Below are positions 37,301 through 44,148 of a stretch of DNA of 44,148 nt, one piece after another. Position numbers and translations under genes: made by a program. Source of the stretch: a bacterium (lineage in GTDB: Bacteria; SZUA-182; DTGQ01); contig JBFMGO010000001.1 of assembly GCA_040752695.1 (NCBI GenBank), positions 1 to 44,148 of the forward strand, given 5' to 3'. Each line of letters starts with the position of its first letter. Position 1 is the first letter of the stretch. The notes beneath the pieces are model-generated. The model worked only from the letters and a program-made list of their open reading frames with translations, was not told the DNA's origin and did no database searches.

Positions 37301-39749
37301 CAGAAATATTTTCAGAAGAGAGATTTTGCAGGTGATAGGCTGTCTGTGCCTGGAAGCTGTTTTCTATAAGGCTGATATTCTGGTCAGTCTGCTTGATCTT
37401 GATGCCGATTTCGTTTTTGGCGATCAGGTTCTGGCGAAGGCTCAAAAAGTCGACATGCGAGGGATTTTCCACGCAGATGGCAGCTACGGTATTTCCCGTC
37501 AGGGTATTGCGCAGGTACTCTCCGCCGCTGTTTCGAAGAAGCAGGCCGGTGCTGTTTTGGGAAAAACGGTTATTGGCAACAAAAGGAGATGCATTTTGGA
37601 CAGTCAAAGCTGCCTGACCCTCTCCCAGTACTTTTTCAAAGGTGCAGTATTGGATGGAGGTTTCCGAGGAAGCTATGGTGAGCCCTTTCCAGCCCCCCTG
37701 ACCCGAAGAGGTGAACAGTATCCGTTGATCGGGTCTGCCTATGGCATACAGGGTGCCGAGGACAGTCAGGCTGAAGTCACCCAGGAAGCGCACCACGCTC
37801 CCTGGCTGGATGAGCAGTGATTTGCCCTCCGGGATGACGGTATTACCGGAAATATTTTTCTCTCCTGACCAAGTGGTGGAGGCGGAAAGGGGAATGGTTG
37901 AAACCTCTCGGGTAGTCCAGTCAGATTCCCCAGCCGCTAAGGCGGATTCTTTCCCGTCAAGGCCCCTTTTCGGTCCATCGATGGTCAGGGTCACGGTAAA
38001 GATGCCGGCCCTGGTGTAGGTGTGAACCGGGTTCTGGCTCGTACTGGACTCTCCATCCCCGAAATCCCACAGCCAGCTTGTAACCTGGTCACTGCTCTGG
38101 TCAGTGAACTGCACCTTCAAAGGTGCCTGCCCGGCTTCGGGATCTACCGTAAAGGCAGGCAAGAGGGGTGACAGGGTTATATTTTTCAAGCTTTGGGGAC
38201 TTATTATCGAATCCTGGCTGACTGACAAAGCTCCGGTTTGCACCGCAGCACCATCCTGAATAAAAAGAGTTGACTGGCCTTCAAGGGTAATCGATTTGGA
38301 ACTGACTGCACTTCCTTCCTGTATCGACAGGCTGGAGCCTGCCTGCAGCGTAATGTCTCCGGCCACTTCCAGTGCACCGCTGGTCTTGCGGGCACGCCCT
38401 GTGATGCTCTTTTGAGGAGAATAGGAAACCTTGGCTCTATGGTAGAGAAACATGCTGTTCAATGCATGGCCGCCCTGAATGATCAGCTCGCACCCGTTCA
38501 CGATCAGGTTGTGACGATCATAGGTCATATCCTCTGCCGACAGGGTAGTATCACTGGTGATGGTCAAAGTCAGTACAGACGGTTTAACCGTGATAATGGC
38601 CTGTCCTTGAGCGGTATTGCCAGACCGGTCGGTGGCGACAAAGGTCAGCGGTGTTTCTCCTAAGGGAAAAACCTGCGGCAGCGGCTGGGTGGTGCTGACC
38701 GGTACATGGGAATCAGCCAGATCAAAAGCCACCGCCCCTGCCAGGAAGGCAGCTATCCGGGGATTGGTGGCTTTTGTGCCATCGGGCAGATCCTGCTCTA
38801 CCGTAAGATCATCAGGCAGTATGAGATGGGGCGGTATGGTGTCCTGCACCACTACCTGCGACTGGCAGGTGGTTGAGCCTCCTTTTGGGTCTTGAGCCGT
38901 AAAAGTGACGGTGGTGGTGCCGATACCGAACAGGGATGGCGCATCGCTGCTCAGAATGGTTCCCGGCATGCCAAAAACACGAGCGGAACTCAAAAAAAGC
39001 CCTACCTCGCCTCCCCCAGGGGCTTCCTGCTGGCTGGCTGGTACTCCTTCAGGCTGCACTGCCTCTACGGTGATGCTGTCAGGACAGAAAAGGGCAGGGG
39101 GGCTGTCACAGGCGTCACCCACGTTGTCGCTGTCCCAGTCCAATTGTCCGGGATTAAAGACATCGGGGCAGTTGTCTTCGGCGTCGCAGATTGCATCTCC
39201 ATCCGTATCGAAGTATTGGTCGCAGGCATCACCGATGCCGTTTTGGTTCTCGTCGCGTTGATCCCCGTTCGGCTTAAGCAGGCAATTGTCACATGTATCA
39301 CCCACTTTATCCGCGTCGAAATCCCCCTGGACAGGATTAAACCTGTGCGGGCAGTTATCACAGGCATTTCCAACACCATCCCAGTCATCGTCACTCTGGT
39401 CAGGGTTATAAACCATAATACAGGTGTCGCATACGTCCCCGATACCATCCCCGTCCCCGTCCATTTGGTCAGGGTTAAAGAACGATATGCAGTTATCATG
39501 GCTATCCTCGACCCAGTCTCCGTCATTGTCATAATAATTCGGGTCCGATGGATTATTGTCCTCCAAAGCGGGGAGGGAGTATGGCTCCTGAGCCTGGCTT
39601 ACCCTTAAGAGCAGAGGAGATAAGATAATAGAGAAGAAGATAAGGATGGAGAAGATGGATATGAATAGAGCGGGACTTTTGTGCCTTCTTTTTTTTCGCA
39701 TTTCTCTCACAGCGAGTTTCCTTCCCCCTTGGCCGAGTTTTATTCTCAC
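34323..39749 (-). CDS. Giant surface protein: TSP3 repeats, HYR-like, PKD, beta-helix and FN3-like domains, internal CF(L)S motif plus hydrophobic segments, then TPR and outer-membrane beta-barrel
   Basis: DNC..NPDQ.D.DGDGIGDVCD repeats; GTTTVTFTAQD; WLWDFGDG...NPVHTY; GGWKGL; KSCFLSAC; TPR AHLYLGLTYYQ; QYDDNV, alternating beta-strands and terminal Phe. Start may be ATG 39701. Confidence 0.85.
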   Translation of the reverse strand: MRIKLGQGGRKLAVREMRKKRRHKSPALFISIFSILIFFSIILSPLLLRVSQAQEPYSLPALEDNNPSDPNYYDNDGDWVEDSHDNCISFFNPDQMDGDGDGIGDVCDTCIMVYNPDQSDDDWDGVGNACDNCPHRFNPVQGDFDADKVGDTCDNCLLKPNGDQRDENQNGIGDACDQYFDTDGDAICDAEDNCPDVFNPGQLDWDSDNVGDACDSPPALFCPDSITVEAVQPEGVPASQQEAPGGGEVGLFLSSARVFGMPGTILSSDAPSLFGIGTTTVTFTAQDPKGGSTTCQSQVVVQDTIPPHLILPDDLTVEQDLPDGTKATNPRIAAFLAGAVAFDLADSHVPVSTTQPLPQVFPLGETPLTFVATDRSGNTAQGQAIITVKPSVLTLTITSDTTLSAEDMTYDRHNLIVNGCELIIQGGHALNSMFLYHRAKVSYSPQKSITGRARKTSGALEVAGDITLQAGSSLSIQEGSAVSSKSITLEGQSTLFIQDGAAVQTGALSVSQDSIISPQSLKNITLSPLLPAFTVDPEAGQAPLKVQFTDQSSDQVTSWLWDFGDGESSTSQNPVHTYTRAGIFTVTLTIDGPKRGLDGKESALAAGESDWTTREVSTIPLSASTTWSGEKNISGNTVIPEGKSLLIQPGSVVRFLGDFSLTVLGTLYAIGRPDQRILFTSSGQGGWKGLTIASSETSIQYCTFEKVLGEGQAALTVQNASPFVANNRFSQNSTGLLLRNSGGEYLRNTLTGNTVAAICVENPSHVDFLSLRQNLIAKNEIGIKIKQTDQNISLIENSFQAQTAYHLQNLSSENISATDNWWDTGPRRVTAQSQDDMSTASLIAHLIYDRLDDGRYGQVDYEPYRPAPHSAAPVPFVCGLHFLPATNGTILNWEPHPAQDIKGYRIYVLDAGNIGTDEITQESPFIMIHPTMMGATSADLGALSPDDRYAVTVCDREGDESLYSIVPQTPSGFSVLSDDRGGIQVIFESARQSDLLGHWLYYGTWQDVIETVLDSASGTYSTTALNAMACQKVLILKNSAPSITLTDDVTWYLSLTACDRAENQSIPTAVLNFTHAPTGLLTFQKPLETGITQDRYQMISVPLKTMTREQAMNKEQNPDDEQSLTNEIEPLFQDELGAYDPRYWRLFRYDPVREKYLEFPDTSTLSPGESVWIISREGKTVTFFGYAVSADKNYPIPLKPGWNQIANPFHFPVSWKDVYRLNTAIVKEDQLYRYDRRAPSHYVRASELVPGEGYWVQNILKKKADLLIPPISQKLPDERLKVSASAAQAASSASASPSPLQASGASLALQADDPQDMPPPPPQAFSQNTLQDDWDSAPKSCFLSACAAHVVQENPTPGNRFWGQEVPIPEGISICLGLAAVALLPLMLACLSFLPALVSFMPHPSPLLFRPSSFLILCLCLCLHLFCSTPLAASREYESIRQGIQRYRDQQYDEAASLFKEAIQSDPTEARAHLYLGLTYYQKNMLDEAREELQKAATLSQDPRIDEVANKYQDLISRKKKIFFLSLLVSLQYDDNVLMTPYTSEAEATGNTDWKNVFTLSSRVRPWRKEHTFLLLGYDFYQSLYHELKVYNIRGHIGSFTLEHKKGPLRVEFKSAFNRFLLDDRPYLEMEEVSLLLSLDRKKTRQREFPFGYQWKTYPIADDVPSLNGRDAKRVAIGVREVFFSKDRRQRFRLGYAYSREDVDTDYFSFQEHELSADFRTPFLYHSELNLSGAYTIRDYLHPDPAYGGREREDNKRTISTTWLKKLGAGYSLTVQYSRIVNHSNLNRPELDRQYRRNLYTLGILKQF

Positions 39750-39845
39750 TCTTGACCGGATTTCCTTCTCCCCCCTTGGCCGAGTTTTATTCTCACTCTT
39801 GGCCGGGTTTCATGTACGCCCCTGGCCGAGTTCTTTTCTCCCCCT
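39724..39845. repeat. Five roughly 23-bp-period repeats (core TTGGCCGAGTTT) around the start of the giant gene
   Basis: Cores start at 39729, 39752, 39776, 39799 and 39822; the longer unit cccccttggccgagttttattctcactcttg is duplicated. Confidence 0.75.
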
Positions 39846-39873
39846 TTGCTCAAAGGGGGCAGAGGAGGGATTT
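39840..39873. repeat. REP-like short palindrome
   Basis: ccccctttg-ct-caaaggggg followed by gagggattt. Confidence 0.5.
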
Positions 39874-39906
39874 GCAGTATTCCTTGCCCTTCTTCCTTAG
39901 ACTGGA

Positions 39907-41526
39907 TCAATTCAGGATATGGGGGTCGTTCTTCAATCGTTCATGGGGAATAGGCCTGACCTCGATCCCGTTTACTCCCAGGTGATGCCTCATTCCGCCC
40001 AGCTCTTTCTTAACTGGAAAGTTATCACCCGCCCGTGCTCCACCAATAATGGCCATGAGTTGATTGGCCAGGTAATTCATACTTTCGACGTGGGTATTCA
40101 AATCCTCACTGGCCGAGGAGGTTTCCCCGGCGGAAATGGAGCTGGACTGTATCGCCTTATCCATTTCGATTATTGCTTCGCTGATCTGTTCAATCCCCAG
40201 GGCCTGCTCCTGGGATGCCTCTGCTATCTCGGTCACGAGTTCTTTCACCTTTTTGCTGCGGGAGGCCACTTCCCGAAATGCCTGGTTAGTCCTTCTGGCC
40301 AACTCCGACCCGGAAATGACCTTTTGAGCGGAGTCTTTGATCAAAATAGCCGTGTTTCTGGCTGCATCCGCTGTACGTATGGCCAGATTCCGCACTTCTT
40401 CGGCCACTATCGCAAAGCCGGTTCCTGCCTCGCCAGCCCTGGCCGCTTCCACCGCTGCATTGAGGGCCAGGAGATTGGTTTGAAAAGCGACCTCATTGAT
40501 AGTTTTAATAATCTCGGCCATCTGGTCACTGGCCAGGGATATATCATGCATAGCCGCAGTCAGGGAAGCTATGGCCTTTTGAGCCTGCTCGACAGCCCTG
40601 GCAGTCTCTGTCATTATGCTGTTTGCTTCACCGGCATTACCTGAGGTCTGGCTGGTCATCGTGGATATCTCTCCCAGGGATGAAGCAGTCTTTTTCAGGG
40701 AGGTTGCCTGTCTGGAGATACCCTTTGACAACTTCTGGCTGGAGGATACTATCTGACCGGAAGCATAGCCTATGTGACCGCAAACATCACTAAGTCCGCC
40801 GATGACAATCTGAAGCTGCTGGCTGGTGGTTGATATGAGCCAGACCGATAGTGTCACTCCAAGCACAAGAGTCAATCCTATGATCACAAGGATAATGATC
40901 CTGCTCGTGGAAGCCTCGGCCCCGGTCCCCTCCACAATCTGAAGGGCTTCTTCTTTCAAGCTCCCTGCAAGCTCCTCAGCCGCTTCCAGTATCCTTTTAT
41001 CCCTGCCATACATAAGTGCATACGCCTCATCCGCACTTCCTCCGCCTAAAAGGATAGCTCTGGCCTTTTTCCAGGAATCCATGAACTGGCCGTGATTTTG
41101 ATCATACTGATCGAGTTTTTTTTCCTGCTCTTCATTCAGATATCCCTCATCCGAAGCATCTTCCAGTTTTAATCTGTATTCAGTCACTCTGGCCAGAGCT
41201 TCTTCGAAGTCTTTTATCGCCGTTTCGAGATCTTTAGGGTTTTTATTCCGAACGGTGGCATTCTTGGTTGCGTTGATCTCGGCTGCTGTCCATGATCCCA
41301 AATCGAAAGCATTCAGTGCTGCTTCCAGGTTATGGTGAAGAGCCCGACTGTACCTGTCACGGAGTGAGCCTATTTTAGTCACTGAATAAAGCCCGGAAGC
41401 AAGCATCAAAAAGAGAACCACGAAAAAGCCCAGATACAATTTGGTCCCCAGTTTTAATTGAGAGAGCAACCTTTTGCCTCCTTCTTTTCTTGATCGGCAT
41501 CCATTAGATTCATCGGAAAGTTGCAT
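39907..41526 (-). CDS. Methyl-accepting chemotaxis protein with periplasmic four-helix-bundle sensor
   Basis: Two TM segments; hairpin tip [41 protein letters not shown] sequence. Confidence 0.95.
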   Translation of the reverse strand: MQLSDESNGCRSRKEGGKRLLSQLKLGTKLYLGFFVVLFLMLASGLYSVTKIGSLRDRYSRALHHNLEAALNAFDLGSWTAAEINATKNATVRNKNPKDLETAIKDFEEALARVTEYRLKLEDASDEGYLNEEQEKKLDQYDQNHGQFMDSWKKARAILLGGGSADEAYALMYGRDKRILEAAEELAGSLKEEALQIVEGTGAEASTSRIIILVIIGLTLVLGVTLSVWLISTTSQQLQIVIGGLSDVCGHIGYASGQIVSSSQKLSKGISRQATSLKKTASSLGEISTMTSQTSGNAGEANSIMTETARAVEQAQKAIASLTAAMHDISLASDQMAEIIKTINEVAFQTNLLALNAAVEAARAGEAGTGFAIVAEEVRNLAIRTADAARNTAILIKDSAQKVISGSELARRTNQAFREVASRSKKVKELVTEIAEASQEQALGIEQISEAIIEMDKAIQSSSISAGETSSASEDLNTHVESMNYLANQLMAIIGGARAGDNFPVKKELGGMRHHLGVNGIEVRPIPHERLKNDPHILN

Positions 41527-41679
41527 GGTTCACTTTGGGATGTTCCGGGGGCCTGATATTGTATTCCCGTTGGCTGGGTATTGGAAGCTTGAGTGAGTGA
41601 TGCCAGGAGGAATGCCAAGGGGGCTCATCTTTTATCCATTGTACTTTTAAAAGGTATCTTTTCGTCCTCGATGGATAGT

Positions 41680-41820
41680 TATTGTAACTTATTATTAATT
41701 TTATATTTTATAATAATATAAATATATAATAATATTAATTAAACTTTTTATATATTTTTAATCTATATCTATTGACAACACTATATATAATTAGTTATTA
41801 TAAAAATATAATATAATAAA
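41680..41820. promoter_or_regulatory. Extremely AT-rich divergent promoter region
   Basis: Nearly pure A/T tract containing TTGACA at 41772 with a TATTAT-like -10 17-18 nt downstream. Confidence 0.5.
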
Positions 41821-41994
41821 GGAGGTGGTGGAATAGGACAATCAGCTTAGCTACCCTCGGTGTCAAGGAGTATCATAAAGTTAAGCACACGATAAAAAAA
41901 TATAAATTCAGTTTGCTTAAGGATATTCTTCTGTCTTGACAACCGAAGTCCATTACGATTTTTAATCATCATGATCAAAAAGGAGATGCAGTAA

Positions 41995-42543
41995 ATGAAA
42001 CGAGCTATAACTATTTGTTTATTTTTTGTTATCTTTTTAATGTGGGGAACAACTGGCTCGGCTATCCCCTTGGACTTAAGTACATTTACCGCTCAGCCTG
42101 GAGTTTCTGAGAGCGGAGGCGTTATTACCTTTACCGAAGATCCTCTCTTGTCCTCGATCTGGTTTTATAACGATTCCTTTCTTGTTCCGAATGACGCGGT
42201 TTCCTTGTCTTTCGATTATTCACTAACTATCGGTGCCCTTAATAATGATTATTTAGTAGCAGTCATAAATTCCACTGACTATGCTATGGAGATCGGTGGT
42301 CATAACAGTTCCGATACGGATGCTATGACCTTAGCGGGATATTATGAAATAGACTTCAATAGTTATAGAGGGCAGACGATCAGTCTTGCCTTTGGTTTAG
42401 AATCAAACGATTTCTCTCCTCAATCTACGGCCGTGATACAAAACCTGGATCTGGCAGCCGTCCCCGAACCAAGTACCATTATTCTTTTGGGAATAGGTTT
42501 TCTGGGAATAATGGGCATCCAAAGGAGAAAACTATTTTGTTAA
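41995..42543 (+). CDS. PEP-CTERM sorting-domain protein
   Basis: Signal peptide; C-terminus VPEPSTIILLGIGFLGIMGIQRRK; AGGAG RBS. Confidence 0.92.
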   Translation: MKRAITICLFFVIFLMWGTTGSAIPLDLSTFTAQPGVSESGGVITFTEDPLLSSIWFYNDSFLVPNDAVSLSFDYSLTIGALNNDYLVAVINSTDYAMEIGGHNSSDTDAMTLAGYYEIDFNSYRGQTISLAFGLESNDFSPQSTAVIQNLDLAAVPEPSTIILLGIGFLGIMGIQRRKLFC

Positions 42544-42560
42544 TCCTGAGCCCTGTTCCG

Positions 42561-42610
42561 ATGTCATGATCATGGCATGTCATGATCATGACATGCCATG
42601 ATCATGACAT
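42561..42610. repeat. Perfect 50-bp palindrome with no loop
   Basis: atgtcatgatcatggcatgtcatgatcatgacatgccatgatcatgacat equals its own reverse complement. Confidence 0.9.
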
Positions 42611-43004
42611 ATATATCAAAAGGCAGTTGTTGCGAGATGTTCATGTTATGAGATGTTCATGTAACGAGCAGTGTACGGTAACAGCACAGGTCATGGTTAT
42701 TATCCTCCCACCTCTTGTTCTCCCACAATCTGGCAAATGCTCATTGACCAGGTATTTCATGTGCAGTGAAGTGAGCTTTCCTCTTTTATAGCTTTCTCAT
42801 ATTTTATAGCTTTCTCATAAAGAAAGCAGGCAAACTCCTTTTCCAAGAAAATGAATTGCTTAAAAGAGCAGGTGATGTCTTCACACGGGCAATCACCTGG
42901 AACATTCATATGATCAACGAAGCCCTGGATGTTGCGGGGGGGGGATTTTCATTATCGGTGAGGAAGATTCAGGGGGCTTCGTTGAGAAAGGAAGGTCGGT
43001 TAGA

Positions 43005-44148
43005 GTGGAAAATCGATTAAGGATTTACCGGGCAATACTGCTTGCCCTATTTATTCAGTTTCTTCTCATCTGTTCATCTGTTTCATCTGTTTCATTTGCG
43101 TGTAATCCTTTGTTTCCGCAACCAGAGATAACGAGTGATATTCAACTTGTTACATCCCGTTTAATGTATAATCGCAGTACACAAATCAGTTATTTAGATG
43201 TTTCACTCAGGAATATTTCAACGCATACCATTTTGTCCCCGATTCGAGTAGTAATTGAAGATATCAGTTCTCAGGGCGTGACAGTGGCCAATGCGGACGG
43301 CATCATCAGTACTGGAAAGCCGTTTTTATGTTATTCTTTCGTTTCAGGGCAATTATCGCCAGGTGAGACTACCGCAGCAAAAAGATGGGAATTTTATAAT
43401 CCCAACAGAGCAAGGTTCATCTATTCGATCAGTGTATGGGCTGATTTTCAACAAACGAGCAGGCCGCCAATAGCCAATGCAGGGCCTGATCAGACGGTGC
43501 GTGTAACAGACACGGTGACACTCGATGGCACTGGATCGAGTGACGAAGATGGAGACGCCCTGACCTATAGCTGGTCCTTTGTGTCTGTACCAGCCGGAAG
43601 CGGTGCTGCGCTGTCAGATGCGGCAGCGGTTAATCCCGCATTCGTGGTCGATGCTCCCGGCACGTATGTGGCTCAATTGATTGTCAATGATGGCACGGTG
43701 GACAGTGCAGCCGATACCGTGGTGATAGATACCGAAAATACCGCCCCTGTGGCCGATGCGGGGCCTGATCGGACTGCGCATGTCACCGATACGGTGACGC
43801 TCGATGGCACTGGATCGAGCGATGTAGACGGAGACGCCCTGACCTATAGCTGGTCTTTGGTATCCATACCAGCCGGAAGCAGTGCCGTGTTATTCGATCC
43901 GACATCGATTAATCCTGCCTTCGTGGTCGATGTTCCCGGCACGTATGTGGCTCAATTGATTGTCAATGACGGCACGGTGGACAGTGCAGCCGATACCGTG
44001 GTGATAGATACCGAAAATACTGCCCCTGTGGCCGATGCGGGGCCTGATCGGACTGCGCATGTCACCGATACGGTGACGCTCGATGGCAAAGGGTCGAGCG
44101 ATGTAGACGGAGATGCCCTGACCTATAGCTGGTCCTTTGTATCAAGGC
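43005..44148 (+). CDS. Secreted PKD/Ig-like repeat protein (partial, runs off the right edge)
   Basis: Manual translation from GTG 43005: signal peptide MENRLRIYRAILLALFIQFLLICSS, then repeats PIANAGPDQTV..TDTVTLDGTGSSD.DGDALTYSW...PGTYVAQLIVNDG. Not in the ORF track because there is no stop. Confidence 0.85.
   Translation, partial: MENRLRIYRAILLALFIQFLLICSSVSSVSFACNPLFPQPEITSDIQLVTSRLMYNRSTQISYLDVSLRNISTHTILSPIRVVIEDISSQGVTVANADGIISTGKPFLCYSFVSGQLSPGETTAAKRWEFYNPNRARFIYSISVWADFQQTSRPPIANAGPDQTVRVTDTVTLDGTGSSDEDGDALTYSWSFVSVPAGSGAALSDAAAVNPAFVVDAPGTYVAQLIVNDGTVDSAADTVVIDTENTAPVADAGPDRTAHVTDTVTLDGTGSSDVDGDALTYSWSLVSIPAGSSAVLFDPTSINPAFVVDVPGTYVAQLIVNDGTVDSAADTVVIDTENTAPVADAGPDRTAHVTDTVTLDGKGSSDVDGDALTYSWSFVSR
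43470..44148 (+). repeat. 279-bp (93-aa) intragenic tandem repeats, at least 2.4 copies
   Basis: gggcctgatc at 43482, 43761 and 44040, with near-identical following sequence. Confidence 0.9.

Noticed and set aside
39724..39845. Possible CRISPR mini-array
   Set aside because: The period of about 23 bp is too short, the spacers are themselves repeated, and there are no cas genes.
678..40644. Numerous short antisense or alternate-frame ORFs nested in long genes
   Set aside because: They are shadow ORFs with no motifs, explained by the codon structure of the real genes.
41601..41617. Sigma-54-like site upstream of the MCP (TGGCATTCCTCCTGGCA, minus strand)
   Set aside because: GG-to-GC spacing is one base off the strict -24/-12 geometry.
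42826..42900. c-di-GMP-I riboswitch suggested by GGCAAAC
   Set aside because: The downstream GAAA-loop stem and GACGCAAAG elements are missing.
43291..43473. 60-aa ORF in the track
   Set aside because: It lies out of frame inside the long open PKD-repeat gene starting at 43005.

Overview
Bacterial chromosomal window of about 44 kb from a probable Gram-negative anaerobe. Desulfoferrodoxin, a multiheme cytochrome, PEP-CTERM and HDOD/GGDEF proteins suggest a Desulfobacterota-like organism, but taxonomy is not established. There is no CRISPR array, rRNA, integrase or transposase. Left to right: a partial fabG plus a phytoene-dehydrogenase-like FAD oxidoreductase; a TPR protein; a Gly-rich membrane protein; a HAD phosphatase with a PTS-EIIA/Na,K-like P-type ATPase fusion under a consensus sigma-54 promoter; a 14-repeat FG-GAP surface protein with a Cys-Phe-Ile C-terminal tail; tRNA-Leu(GAG); a small Cys-rich fusion, a radical SAM enzyme and an exported pentein (deiminase-fold) protein; an 1845-aa octaheme cytochrome/beta-propeller/carbohydrate-binding chimera; desulfoferrodoxin; a six-gene signalling operon; a FecR protein with an 1808-aa surface protein fused to a TPR/beta-barrel module; an MCP; a PEP-CTERM protein; and a partial PKD-repeat protein. 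The best candidate for a new system is the operon at 22665-32851. It couples a class I lysyl-tRNA synthetase paralogue lacking both ATP-binding motifs (HIGH and KMSKS) with an orphan amino-acid-binding lipoprotein, an atypical aldehyde dehydrogenase, a histidine kinase and two c-di-GMP enzymes. All family calls are by-eye motif recognition; no searches were run.
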